Shown one piece after another: positions 46,190 to 55,819 of a DNA stretch of 64,000 nt. The DNA is taken from positions 4,807 to 68,806 of the forward strand of contig MFFN01000007.1 in assembly GCA_001777915.1 (NCBI GenBank). The letters run 5' to 3'. Position 1 is the stretch's first letter, and every line of letters starts with the position of its first letter. The notes under the pieces are model-generated. The model was given only the letters and a program-made list of their open reading frames with translations, had not been told where the DNA came from and searched no databases. This DNA is from Candidatus Edwardsbacteria bacterium RifOxyA12_full_54_48. GTDB lineage: Bacteria; Edwardsbacteria; AC1; EtOH8. Position numbers and translations under genes: made by a program.

Positions 46190-47296
46190 ATGAGGCTGCC
46201 GGCAGTGGAGAAATATTTTAAGGCCGCCCTGCTTAAGGCCCTGGGGCTGCTGCTGCCTGACCGGCGTCACCAAGCCCGGGAGGTGGACCTTTCCCTGATC
46301 AGGCGGGTGATAGTGATCCGCCAGCATGACCAGCTGGGGGACCTGCTGCTTTCCACCCCGGCCTTCCGGGCCCTCCGGCAGGCCCTGCCCCAGGCCCAGA
46401 TCACCGTGGTGGCCCGGCAGTACACCTATCGGGTGCTGGAGCACAATCCCGACATCGATCGGATCCTGGTCTTTCCGGAAAAATTATATCAGGCCACCCC
46501 GGCCAAGCTGTGGAGGCTGTGGCAGGGCCTGAGGCAGGGTTGCGACCTGGCGGTGGTGCTCAACACCATCTCCCATTCTCTGTCCAGCGATATTTTGGCC
46601 CGTCTTACCGGGGCCAGATATATTTTGGGCTCGGCCGAAAACCCCTTCCCGGGGGCCCGGCCAAATTTGTTTTACAACCTGCTGGCTCCCGGCTTTGGGG
46701 AGCGGGTTCACGAGACCCGCCGCAACCTGAGGATCCTGGAATACCTGAACATCAGAACCAAAGATATGGGAGAGAGCTGTGCCCTATCGCCCCAGGAGGA
46801 GGAACAGGGCCGGGACATCCTTTACAAGAATCACATCATGCCGGAGCGGACGGTGGGCATCCATCTGGGGGCCTATAATGTCTGCAACCGCTGGCCTTAT
46901 CAGAACTACGCCGCCCTGGCCGACTGGCTGGTCAAGGATTTCGGGTTTCAGGTGGCGGTCTTCTGGGGGCCGGGGGAGGATGAGCTGGGGGAGAGGTTCC
47001 TGGGGCTGGTGAAGGGCGATGTCAAGGTACTGTCCGGGCTGGACATCCGCCAGCTGGCCTCGGTGATGAAACCGCTGAGGCTGATGGTCTGCAACGACAC
47101 CGGGGTGATGCACCTTTCCGCGGCGCTGGGCACCCCCACCTTCGCCATCTTCGGGCGCAGCGAGCCGGAGTTCTGGCGGCCCTTGAACAGGAATTTCTAC
47201 GGGGTCCGGGGGCTGGACAAAACCTGCGCTTCGGCCGAGCTGGAGGTGGTCCAGTCGGGCATAAAAAGGATGCTGTCCCGCAGGGATCTCTTCTAA
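46190..47296 (+). CDS. Glycosyltransferase family 9 (heptosyltransferase-like)
   Basis: 'RVIVIRQHDQLGDLLLSTPAFRALR' N-terminal GT9 signature; 'CNDTGVMHLSAALGTPTFAIFG'. Confidence 0.8.
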   Translation: MRLPAVEKYFKAALLKALGLLLPDRRHQAREVDLSLIRRVIVIRQHDQLGDLLLSTPAFRALRQALPQAQITVVARQYTYRVLEHNPDIDRILVFPEKLYQATPAKLWRLWQGLRQGCDLAVVLNTISHSLSSDILARLTGARYILGSAENPFPGARPNLFYNLLAPGFGERVHETRRNLRILEYLNIRTKDMGESCALSPQEEEQGRDILYKNHIMPERTVGIHLGAYNVCNRWPYQNYAALADWLVKDFGFQVAVFWGPGEDELGERFLGLVKGDVKVLSGLDIRQLASVMKPLRLMVCNDTGVMHLSAALGTPTFAIFGRSEPEFWRPLNRNFYGVRGLDKTCASAELEVVQSGIKRMLSRRDLF

Positions 47297-47314
47297 ATTG
47301 AACAGATACAAACG

Positions 47315-47340
47315 AAAAGGGCCGGAAAACCGGCCCTTTT
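47315..47340. terminator. Bidirectional terminator
   Basis: 'aaaagggccgg-aaaa-ccggccctttt'. Confidence 0.7.
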
Positions 47341-47341
47341 G

Positions 47342-48442
47342 TCATTTCAGCATTACCATTCTCTTCAAGTCAACCGTCCCCTCCTTAACCGAGAGCCGGT
47401 AAAAATATATTCCCGGCGGGAGCAGCCTGCCTGCCTGATCGGTGCCGTTCCATTCCACTCTGTGACTGCCCGAAGCGTTTTCATTCAGATCAATGGTCCT
47501 GACAGCCTGCCCCAGCAGGTTGAAGATCTCGATCCGGGCCCGGCCCGGCGAAGCCAGGGAATAACTTATGGCGGTCTTATCCTTAAAGGGGTTAGGGTTG
47601 TTCTGGTACAATCTGTTTCTACCGGCCATGGTAAGCGGAGGCTCGCCCTCTGCTCCCAAGGCCGGGAAATAGGCCCGGCGGATAAGGGTGCTGTCCAGGA
47701 CGTAGGGATTGACCTTGCCCTGCTGGTAGGCGGCGATCTTCTTGGTGCGAGCTATCTCCCGGGCATCGGCCGGATCGCTGACATGCCAGGCATACAAAAT
47801 ATCCCGCTGGCCGGTCCACCAGGAATCACTGGTGTCGCCCAGCTGCCAGAAGGTCAGGATGTAATACATAGCCCGGGCGGTGTTGCCCTTCTGAATTTCC
47901 CGGGTCTCAAACCTGACATTGGTTAAAAGCTCCGCATACTGATCAATAACAGAAGATGGAATGGTCGTGGTAATTACATTATTGCGATACCATTTATTTG
48001 TCTGGTTATCAGGAATATCTCCAAAAGGAAGAGTTCCCCGGTCCCCGTTCACCTGGACCTCGGTGGGAAACAGGTGGTGCAGGTCGGAGACGGCGGTGCT
48101 GGACGACAGCATACTTTGGGGCCAGGTATGCTCGCAGTTGATGTCATGATCATAGGCCCAGGTGCTGGGATCCTGGCCGGGATCCATATATATCTTATAT
48201 CCGCTGTAGACGCACTCCAGGCTGTCGTTTAGCTTATCTATCTCCCCATACATAACATCCCTACCAGCATCGTAGCCCAGATTGGCGGTGGATTTATATG
48301 ACGAGATCAACGAATTCCGCAGGGTGGCGCCGGTCTGCCCGGGGAAAATGGTGGAGTCCGGCGGGACGGTCCCGGCGGAAACAGATCCGGCCGAAAATAG
48401 TTGCGCCGAAATCAGCAACAGGGAGATCTTAAAATATTTCAT
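47342..48442 (-). CDS. Secreted endonuclease I family nuclease with T9SS C-terminal sorting domain
   Basis: 'NCEHTWPQS', 'DLHHLFPTEVQVNGDRGT' and 'KVNPYV' match endonuclease I (EndA/Vvn) signatures ('EWEHVVPAW', 'DMHNLQPSVGEVNGDRGN', 'GNHNPYV' as recalled). C-terminal 'NNPNPFKDKTAISYSL...EIFNLLGQAVRTI...GIYFYRLSVKEGTVDLKRMVMLK' CTD. Signal peptide. Confidence 0.8.
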   Translation of the reverse strand: MKYFKISLLLISAQLFSAGSVSAGTVPPDSTIFPGQTGATLRNSLISSYKSTANLGYDAGRDVMYGEIDKLNDSLECVYSGYKIYMDPGQDPSTWAYDHDINCEHTWPQSMLSSSTAVSDLHHLFPTEVQVNGDRGTLPFGDIPDNQTNKWYRNNVITTTIPSSVIDQYAELLTNVRFETREIQKGNTARAMYYILTFWQLGDTSDSWWTGQRDILYAWHVSDPADAREIARTKKIAAYQQGKVNPYVLDSTLIRRAYFPALGAEGEPPLTMAGRNRLYQNNPNPFKDKTAISYSLASPGRARIEIFNLLGQAVRTIDLNENASGSHRVEWNGTDQAGRLLPPGIYFYRLSVKEGTVDLKRMVMLK

Positions 48443-48538
48443 GTCCATTCCTTTGATCATCAACCCAATTATCCCCCCGGAACGTCAAAAAGTCAAGCCC
48501 TTTGCAATCGCCGGGTATTTTATGGTAAACTTAAGGCC

Positions 48539-50479
48539 ATGATCCAGCTTTCCAACATAAACGTGTCCTTTGGCGACAAGGCCCTGTTCAAGAACCTGGG
48601 ATGGAATATCGGCCTTAACGAGAGGATCGCCCTGGTCGGCCCCAACGGGGCCGGCAAGACCACCCTGTTCAAGGTGGCCCTGGGGCTGATGGTTCCCACC
48701 CAGGGGCAGCGGTCCTGTTCCAACGGCATGCGCACCGGATATCTGCCCCAGGAGGAAGTGGTGCTGGCCGGCCGGTCCGTTCTGGAGGAGGCGATGTCGG
48801 TCTTTGCCGACCAGCGTTCCATCCAGGAGGAGATAGACCAGCTCTCCAGTCTGATGTCCACCATGGATCAGGATGATCCCGAACTGGCCCCGGTGGTGGA
48901 ACGCTACGGCGAACTGCATCATATGTTCGAAGGCTTCGACGGCTACCTGCTGGAGACCCGGGCCCGATCGGTGCTGCAGGGGCTGGGGTTCTCCCCGGCC
49001 GACCTGGATCAGCCGGTGGAGAATTTCTCCGGCGGCTGGCAGATGCGCCTGGCCCTGGCCAAGCTTTTATTGGAGGAGCCCTCCTACCTGTTCCTGGACG
49101 AGCCCACCAACCATCTGGACATCGAGTCCATGGACTTCCTGGAGGGCTATTTGAAAGGCTTCAGGGGCTCGATGGTGGTGATCTCGCACGACCGCTATTT
49201 CATCGACCGGACCATAAAAAAGATATACGAGCTGGACCTGGGGCGCTTTTCGCTCTATCACACCAATTATTCCGGCTACCTGGAGGAAAAGGAGAAGCGC
49301 CGGGAACTGCTGGTCAAGCAGAAGGAGGAGCAGGCCAAGGAGATCGAGCATATCCGGGAGTTCATCGCCCGCTGGAGGGGCAACTTCATCAAGCGGGCCA
49401 TGGTCCACAGCCGGGAGAAGATGCTGGAGCGCCTGCTGGCGGAGCGGATAGAGATACCCCAGAGCCGGCGCAGCTTCCGGCTGGGGCTGCCGGAGGCGCC
49501 ACACTGCGGGCGGCGGATGCTGGAGCTGTCCCACGTCACCAAAGGCTACGGCGACAAGGTGGTGCTCAAGGACATCGATTTCCTGGTGGAGAAGGGCCAC
49601 AAGATAGGCCTGTTGGGGGTCAACGGGGCGGGCAAGACCACCCTGCTGAAGATGATGGCCGGGGTGGAGGAGGTGACCTCCGGGGAGAAGACGCTTTATC
49701 CCAACGTCAGCCTGGCTTATTTCGCCCAGCACACCGCCGAGATGCTGGACCCCGCCAAGACGGTGATGGAGCAGGTGGAGTCGGTGATCCCCACCGAGAC
49801 CCCCGGCCGGGTGCGGACCATCCTGGGCGCATTTCTGTTTTCCGGGGATGATGTCTTCAAGCCGGTCAAAGTGCTGTCCGGCGGGGAGAAGTCCCGGCTG
49901 GCCCTGTGCTGCACTTTGCTGCTGCCGGCCAATCTGCTGATCATGGACGAGCCCACCAATCATCTGGACCTCAAGGGCAAGGAGGTACTGGAGCAGGCCT
50001 TAAAAGAGTTCAAGGGGACGGTGGTGCTGGTGACCCACGACCGCTATATCATCGACCAGGTGGTGGACACCATCGTCGAGGTGGCCGACCAGGCGCTAAA
50101 GATCTATCCCGGCAACTATTCCGAATATCTGTATAAAAAGGAGCTGGACCGCCAGTCCTCCCAGGCAGCCAGCAATGCCCCCAGATCCGAACCGGCCAGC
50201 GAGGAAAAGTCGGACTGGGAGGAGGCCAAACGGCGCAAGGCCCGGGAGGCGGCCGAGGAGCGCAAGCGGCTAAGGCTGATCTCCGAGCTGGAGCACCGCA
50301 TCGCAACACTGGAGGCCCGGCAGAGGCAGTTGGAGTCGCCCTCCGGCGGCCTGGCCGATCCCGAGGTCTACCGGAACGGCGATCGGATGAAGGGGCTGAT
50401 GAACCAGTTCGACTCCAACAAGCAGGAGCTGCAGCGGCTGCTGGACCGCTGGGAACATTATCATGCGAAAGGCGAATAG
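48539..50479 (+). CDS. ABC-F family ATPase (two tandem ABC domains, no TM domain)
   Basis: Two Walker A motifs ('GPNGAGKTTL', 'GVNGAGKTTL') and two signature motifs ('FSGGWQMRLALA', 'LSGGEKSRLAL'); coiled-coil C-terminus. Confidence 0.85.
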   Translation: MIQLSNINVSFGDKALFKNLGWNIGLNERIALVGPNGAGKTTLFKVALGLMVPTQGQRSCSNGMRTGYLPQEEVVLAGRSVLEEAMSVFADQRSIQEEIDQLSSLMSTMDQDDPELAPVVERYGELHHMFEGFDGYLLETRARSVLQGLGFSPADLDQPVENFSGGWQMRLALAKLLLEEPSYLFLDEPTNHLDIESMDFLEGYLKGFRGSMVVISHDRYFIDRTIKKIYELDLGRFSLYHTNYSGYLEEKEKRRELLVKQKEEQAKEIEHIREFIARWRGNFIKRAMVHSREKMLERLLAERIEIPQSRRSFRLGLPEAPHCGRRMLELSHVTKGYGDKVVLKDIDFLVEKGHKIGLLGVNGAGKTTLLKMMAGVEEVTSGEKTLYPNVSLAYFAQHTAEMLDPAKTVMEQVESVIPTETPGRVRTILGAFLFSGDDVFKPVKVLSGGEKSRLALCCTLLLPANLLIMDEPTNHLDLKGKEVLEQALKEFKGTVVLVTHDRYIIDQVVDTIVEVADQALKIYPGNYSEYLYKKELDRQSSQAASNAPRSEPASEEKSDWEEAKRRKAREAAEERKRLRLISELEHRIATLEARQRQLESPSGGLADPEVYRNGDRMKGLMNQFDSNKQELQRLLDRWEHYHAKGE

Positions 50480-52054
50480 ATGAAGAATTCCATCACTGTT
50501 ATCATCAACGCCGATATATACACCATGAAGGGGCGGCAGAGGGCCAAAGCCCTGGCCTGCGATGCCGGGGGCGGAACGATCCTGGATGTGGGCGGGAACA
50601 GCCAGATACTGGGCAGATACAAGGCCCTGAAGCCCGAGGTCATCGACCTGAAGGGGAAGGTGGTCCTGCCGGGCTTCACCGACTGCCACACCCATTTCTG
50701 CAATTACTGCCTGCTGGCCTCCCGGCCGGACCTGGACGGCATCCGGTTCATCAAGGAATGCCTGCAGGCGGTGGCCAGGTATGTCACCGGGAAAGCGCCC
50801 GGCCAGTGGGTCTTGGGCGGGGGCTGGAACAAGAACCTCTGGAGCGACGGCCGTCTGCCGGCAGCCCAGGACCTGGACACGGTGTCCATCAACAATCCGG
50901 TGATGCTGTGGAGCAAGGACTGGCACACCATCTGGCTGAACTCGGCGGCCATGGTGGCGCTGGACATCCACTCCCAGACCCCGGAGGTCCCCGGCGGAAC
51001 AATCGAGCGCGACGCCAGGGGCAGGCCCAGCGGCATCCTGCGGGAGGAAGCGGCCAATCACTACTATCGCCTGGCTCCCAAGGCATCGATCGAGGAATAT
51101 TCCCAGGCCGTGATCCAGGGCCAGAAGAGATTCGCCCAAATGGGCCTGAGCGGGTTCCATACCATGGAGGGGGTGGAGGAATTCAATGTTCTGCAGTCTT
51201 TGTCGATCCAGAACAAATTATTCTTAAGAGGAACGCTTTACCATAACATCAAGGCCCTGGACGGGCTGGCCTCGGCCGGGATAAAAAGCGGTTTCGGCGG
51301 TCGGAATTTGAAGATCGGAGGGGTAAAACTCTTTGTCGACGGGTCGCTGGGCTCCCAGACGGCATTGATGCTGGAGCCATACCGCAACAGCGCCTCATTG
51401 GGCATGAACACCATGCCGCCCGGGGAACTGCTGGCCCTGATAAGCCGGGCCTCGCAGAACGGCCTGGCCTGCGCCATTCATGCCATCGGCGATGCCGCCA
51501 ACCGCCTGGCGCTGGATACTTTTCAGAAGGCCAAGGATCTCAATAAAGATCTGCGGCACCGGATAGAGCACTGCCAACTGGTCCATCCCGAAGATATTGC
51601 CAGGTTCAAGGAGCTGGGCATCATCGCCTCGGTGCAGCCCATCCATTGCCCGTCCGACCTGGACATCATCGAAAAATACTGGGGAGAGCGGGGGGCCTAT
51701 GCTTACCCGTTCGGCGATCTGTCCAGGAAAAAGGCCAGGGTGGTCTTCGGCTCGGATTGTCCCATCGAAACGCCGGATCCGTTCCGGGCCATTCAGGCGG
51801 CCGTCGCCCGGCAGAGGATCCCGCCGGACCGTCCGCCGTTCCATCCGGAGCAGAAGATGTCGGTCTGGAACTGCATCAAGGCCTATACTGCCGATGCCGC
51901 CTATGCCTCGGGGGATGAGGGCTGGAAGGGGACTTTGGAGCCCGGCAAGGCGGCGGACTTTATCTGCCTTTCGGAGGATATTTTCCAGGCAAACCCGGAG
52001 GAGATACATAAGATAAAGGTGGAGAGGACATTCATCGGCGGGAGAGAGATTTAA
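50480..52054 (+). CDS. Amidohydrolase-family metal-dependent hydrolase
   Basis: 'VLPGFTDCHTHF' metal-binding motif; 'HAIGDAA'; 524 aa. Confidence 0.8.
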   Translation: MKNSITVIINADIYTMKGRQRAKALACDAGGGTILDVGGNSQILGRYKALKPEVIDLKGKVVLPGFTDCHTHFCNYCLLASRPDLDGIRFIKECLQAVARYVTGKAPGQWVLGGGWNKNLWSDGRLPAAQDLDTVSINNPVMLWSKDWHTIWLNSAAMVALDIHSQTPEVPGGTIERDARGRPSGILREEAANHYYRLAPKASIEEYSQAVIQGQKRFAQMGLSGFHTMEGVEEFNVLQSLSIQNKLFLRGTLYHNIKALDGLASAGIKSGFGGRNLKIGGVKLFVDGSLGSQTALMLEPYRNSASLGMNTMPPGELLALISRASQNGLACAIHAIGDAANRLALDTFQKAKDLNKDLRHRIEHCQLVHPEDIARFKELGIIASVQPIHCPSDLDIIEKYWGERGAYAYPFGDLSRKKARVVFGSDCPIETPDPFRAIQAAVARQRIPPDRPPFHPEQKMSVWNCIKAYTADAAYASGDEGWKGTLEPGKAADFICLSEDIFQANPEEIHKIKVERTFIGGREI

Positions 52055-52076
52055 AATATTAATTATTGGGGGTTAT

Positions 52077-52688
52077 ATGAGAAATACAATAATATTCGTA
52101 ATCATCGCAACAATATTTTATTCGTGCGATAAAATAGAAGAAAATAATAATACAAAAGTGGATATTAAAAGGAATACGCAAACTATACAAGATTCAACAA
52201 TATATTGTGCTTTAAAATACAATCTTGAAATTTTTACAATGGCACACAGTACATCAAATAATATTGATTCTATTATAAAGTATTATGAATTAAATGAAAA
52301 TAATAAAATTGAAAGCAAAGCAAAGTCATTTCCGGAAACGCAAGAAGATGAACATCTTTTAAATACATTCATTGGTATAATTATGAAAGGGAAATTAAAT
52401 GTTACATATATAATAAAAATGACGCTGATTAATAAAAACAATGCTGAACTAGGGGAGGTGTTTATTGATGTTCTTGCAAAACATTGGCAAAACCCAGAGA
52501 AAGATTTCATTAAGGCCGTTATCAGCTTGCCAGATTCAGAGTGTGCAAGAATTATTTATAGCACAATTCCGGAAGAGCCAAAAGAAGTAAAAGAAATTAT
52601 AAAAAAGGTAGATAAATTATCGGAAATAAAAAATCTAAAAGGCTATGATTTATTAAAGAAAATATTAATTGAATTAGCTAATAGATAA
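52077..52688 (+). CDS. Hypothetical lipoprotein (AT-rich ORFan)
   Basis: 203 aa. Lipobox 'IFYSCDK'; Lys/Asn/Ile-rich; strongly AT-rich relative to neighbours. Confidence 0.5.
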   Translation: MRNTIIFVIIATIFYSCDKIEENNNTKVDIKRNTQTIQDSTIYCALKYNLEIFTMAHSTSNNIDSIIKYYELNENNKIESKAKSFPETQEDEHLLNTFIGIIMKGKLNVTYIIKMTLINKNNAELGEVFIDVLAKHWQNPEKDFIKAVISLPDSECARIIYSTIPEEPKEVKEIIKKVDKLSEIKNLKGYDLLKKILIELANR

Positions 52689-52800
52689 TATATTACCCCG
52701 GCGACGGCTGATCCGCAGCATCCTTGGCCACGGCCTGCAATTCCTTCCTGCATTTTATATTCACTTTGCTCATCAACGCCAATCAGCACTTTATGTGGGT

Positions 52801-53645
52801 GTCGCATTAGCTCTGCTGCTGAATAAAGAAGGCCGTTAGGAATTTGGCATTGTCTGAGCAAAGCGAGTTTGTCAAATTTAGGCCTTCGGTCTTAAGGCTT
52901 CCGGGCAGAGGTATAGCGACAGGTTCTCTTTGCCACTTTCTCTTCAAAGAGAAAGTGGGGAACCATGGACCCTCTTACTTTTCTGCAGGCCAGAAAAGTA
53001 ACAAAAGAACCTTGTCCGCCCGGCAATTTCCGGCAGGAATGATACTCACGGACTAAATTCCTTGACCGGGGCGGGGAGATAAGCTCTGCAATGAATTTTT
53101 CACGCCCGTTTTGCTGGGGCAAAATTGCCGAAGGCGGGGAACCGAGTACCTAGGTCGCATCAGCTCTGCTGCTGACGAGCTTTTGACCTCATCCTTCCCT
53201 CTCCTAATGCTTTATGAGAGGGGTAGGGGAGAGGTGCGGGACAAAAAAGAAAAAGAACAGCATAATTCCCCAAAACGTGCCTTACTTTCTCTTGTGACCA
53301 AGAGAAAGTAACAAAGAGAAGTCTTGCCCGCCCGACAATTTCCGGCAGGAATGATATCCCCGGGCTAAATTCCTTGACCAGGGCTGGGTGCTATGCTCTG
53401 CAATGAATTTTCACGCCCGCTCCCGCCATAGCAAAATTGCCGAAGGCGGGGGAACGGGTAATGTCCGGTCGCATTAGCTCTGCTGCTGAATAAAGAAGGC
53501 ACTTAGGAATTTGGCATTGTTTGAGCGAAGCGAGTTTGTCAAATTTAGGCCGACGTCATAGGACTGCCAAGCAGAGGTTTAGCGACGAGCTGTTGACCTC
53601 ACCCTTCCCTCTCCTAATGCTTTAGGAGAGGGGCAGGGGAGAGGT
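52801..53645. repeat. Mosaic array of nested ~60-150 bp direct repeats (non-coding)
   Basis: R1 'gtcgcattagctctgctgctgaataaagaagg...gtttgtcaaatttaggcc' at 52801-52884 and 53469-53552; R3 (~150 bp, 'ccgcccggcaatttccggcaggaatgata...gcaaaattgccgaaggcgggg') at 53003-53153 and 53318-53468; R2 ('...gacctcatccttccctctcctaatgctttatgagaggggtaggggagaggtg') at 53154-53237 and 53583-53645; common 22-nt head 'gtcgcatYagctctgctgctga' three times. Confidence 0.8.
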
Positions 53646-53766
53646 GTTATAAGAGAAAGCGGAGGCTGGTTTTGAAAGAAAATAACAAAGGGACGATCAA
53701 ATGATCGTCCCTTAAATATTCCTGGCGCCCGCTCAAGGCGGACTACTGCCCAGCGAGAAGTCAAAC

Positions 53767-53842
<76 letters not shown>

Positions 53843-53984
53843 ACAAAGTGCGGTAATGATAACATATCGATAGAGGGTTAGTCAATATCTTTAATGCCCG
53901 CAATGCGGCAGATCCTGGCTTGACATGCCGCGCCGGGGTTGTTATAATCATATGAAATTTAATGAATAACATTGATATCCAGAT

Positions 53985-55073
53985 ATGAAAAAGAACATTT
54001 TAATTTCGGCTTTCCTTGCCGGGCTTGTCTCCCTGGCCCTGGCCGGCTCATTCGGGAAACAGCCCAAACCAGCCATCCAGAAAGGCCCCTACCTGTCCTG
54101 GGACGACGATCTCCGGACCACCATGACCGTCAGCTGGGAGACCAATACTCCTGTTCCCGGGAAACTGGCCTACGGACCCCGGGGTAAAATGAACTACATC
54201 CTGCGGGACGACCAAGCCGGGACCCTGCACCACTTGAGGATAAAAGATCTCAAGCCCGACACCCGCTACTATTACCAGTTGCTGAACCTGTCGGCCCCGG
54301 TCTGCAGTTTTAAGACCGCACCCCGGGAGATGCGGGATTTCAAATTCGTCATCTACGGCGACACCCGGACCTTTCCGGAGCAGCACAAAAAGGTGATCGC
54401 GGCCATAACCCAATACAACCCGGAGTTCCTGATCCACACCGGGGATTACATCCAGGACGGGCGGGTATGGGGCATGTGGCAGGAGTTCTTCGACGCCAGC
54501 CGGCCGTTCTCCTCCTTTATCCCTCTGATGACGGTGATCGGCAACCACGAACGGACCTGCGACAACTATGTGAAGCTGTTCGCCCTGCCCGGCAATGAAA
54601 GGTGGTATGCCTTCGATTATCTGAATGTTCACTTCATCATATTGAACAACGAAGAAAACTACCAGAAAGATTCCCAGCAATACCGGTGGTTCGAGGCCGA
54701 GATAAAACGATCCCGGCCGCTCTATAAATGGCTGTTCGTCCTCCAGCACCGCCAGACCTACTCCTCTGGCAAGCGGGGCAGCGACCAGGATATCCTGGAG
54801 AACCTGGAGCCGCTGTTCAGGAAATACCGGCCGGATGTGGTGTTCTGCGGGCACGAGCATTTTTACGAAAGGCAGCGGCGGGGCGGCGTCAACTATATCA
54901 TCACCGGCGGGGGCGGGGCCCCGCTGTACGACGTCAATCCAGGGGATTCCACCTTCCATGCCGAATCCAGCCTGCACTACTGCCAGGTCGAGGTCAGCGA
55001 CAGCGCCGCCAAGGTGCGGATGGTCCGGGTGGACGGCAGTTCGCCGGACAGTTTGGTGCTGAAGGCCAGATAG
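53985..55073 (+). CDS. Metallophosphoesterase (purple acid phosphatase-like) with N-terminal fibronectin-like domain
   Basis: 'FVIYGDTRT', 'IHTGDYIQDG', 'VIGNHE', 'CGHEHFYER' calcineurin-like phosphoesterase motifs; signal peptide. Confidence 0.8.
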   Translation: MKKNILISAFLAGLVSLALAGSFGKQPKPAIQKGPYLSWDDDLRTTMTVSWETNTPVPGKLAYGPRGKMNYILRDDQAGTLHHLRIKDLKPDTRYYYQLLNLSAPVCSFKTAPREMRDFKFVIYGDTRTFPEQHKKVIAAITQYNPEFLIHTGDYIQDGRVWGMWQEFFDASRPFSSFIPLMTVIGNHERTCDNYVKLFALPGNERWYAFDYLNVHFIILNNEENYQKDSQQYRWFEAEIKRSRPLYKWLFVLQHRQTYSSGKRGSDQDILENLEPLFRKYRPDVVFCGHEHFYERQRRGGVNYIITGGGGAPLYDVNPGDSTFHAESSLHYCQVEVSDSAAKVRMVRVDGSSPDSLVLKAR

Positions 55074-55240
55074 TGAAACAGGGTATTGCAAATGACTCAA
55101 GAAAAACCTGATTCCCAGGTAAATAGAATCGGACTGATAGCTGAATTTTGCTCAAATGCCAGCCGCGGTCAAGTATTTGTCTATTGATAGGGGCTTGTTA
55201 ATGTCGAAAAATATCGCTGTTCAAATCTGAAACGGAGAAT

Positions 55241-55819
55241 TTGATGAGAACATTTATTTCAATTATACTCTTATCGGCAGGGCTGCTTATCACGGCCACC
55301 TCTGCCGCCGGGGTGCTTAACTTCAAGCTAAAACCGCTGGAGGGGAAAAAGAAGGTCGAGCTGGCCAGGGTGCTGGAAACCGGCCCGGCCCTGATAGCCT
55401 TCTGGGCCACCTGGTGTCACCCCTGCCAGGAGGAGCTGATCCACATCCAAAAGCTTTACCAGATGTACGCCGACAGCGGGATGTCATTCTACGCCGTCTC
55501 CATCGACGACGCCAAGACCGCCGGCAGGGTCAAGGCGGTGGCCAAAGGGAAGCGGTTCACCCTGCCGATACTGCTGGACCCCGAGCAGGAGGCGATGAGG
55601 TCCTTCAGCCTGATCAACGTTCCCGGGGTCTATATCCTGGGCCGGGACGGGAAGCTGCTTTATCAGCATACCGGCTATAAGCCGGGAGACGAGGCGGCCT
55701 TGGAGGAGAACGTCAGGACGATCCTCAAACTCGCTCCGGGACCGACCGCTCCGGCCGCCGGTGATTCGACAGCCTGCGGGGTGGATTCTTCCTGCTGCCC
55801 GGTCAAGGAGGAAAAATGA
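55241..55819 (+). CDS. TlpA-like thiol:disulfide oxidoreductase (thioredoxin fold, secreted)
   Basis: 'ALIAFWATWCHPCQEEL' CxxC motif; signal peptide; Cys-rich C-terminal tail 'DSTACGVDSSCCPV'. Confidence 0.75.
   Translation: MMRTFISIILLSAGLLITATSAAGVLNFKLKPLEGKKKVELARVLETGPALIAFWATWCHPCQEELIHIQKLYQMYADSGMSFYAVSIDDAKTAGRVKAVAKGKRFTLPILLDPEQEAMRSFSLINVPGVYILGRDGKLLYQHTGYKPGDEAALEENVRTILKLAPGPTAPAAGDSTACGVDSSCCPVKEEK

Noticed and set aside
52844-53311. Short ORFs within the repeat array (52844-53056 +, 52892-53122 -, 53111-53311 +)
   Set aside because: They lie entirely within repeated non-coding units, lack RBSs, and differ between repeat copies by frame-disrupting changes.
52801-53645. Possible CRISPR array, suggested by the clustered direct repeats
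   Set aside because: Repeat units are long (60-150 bp), heterogeneous and nested, without regular short repeat/spacer periodicity, and there are no cas genes nearby.
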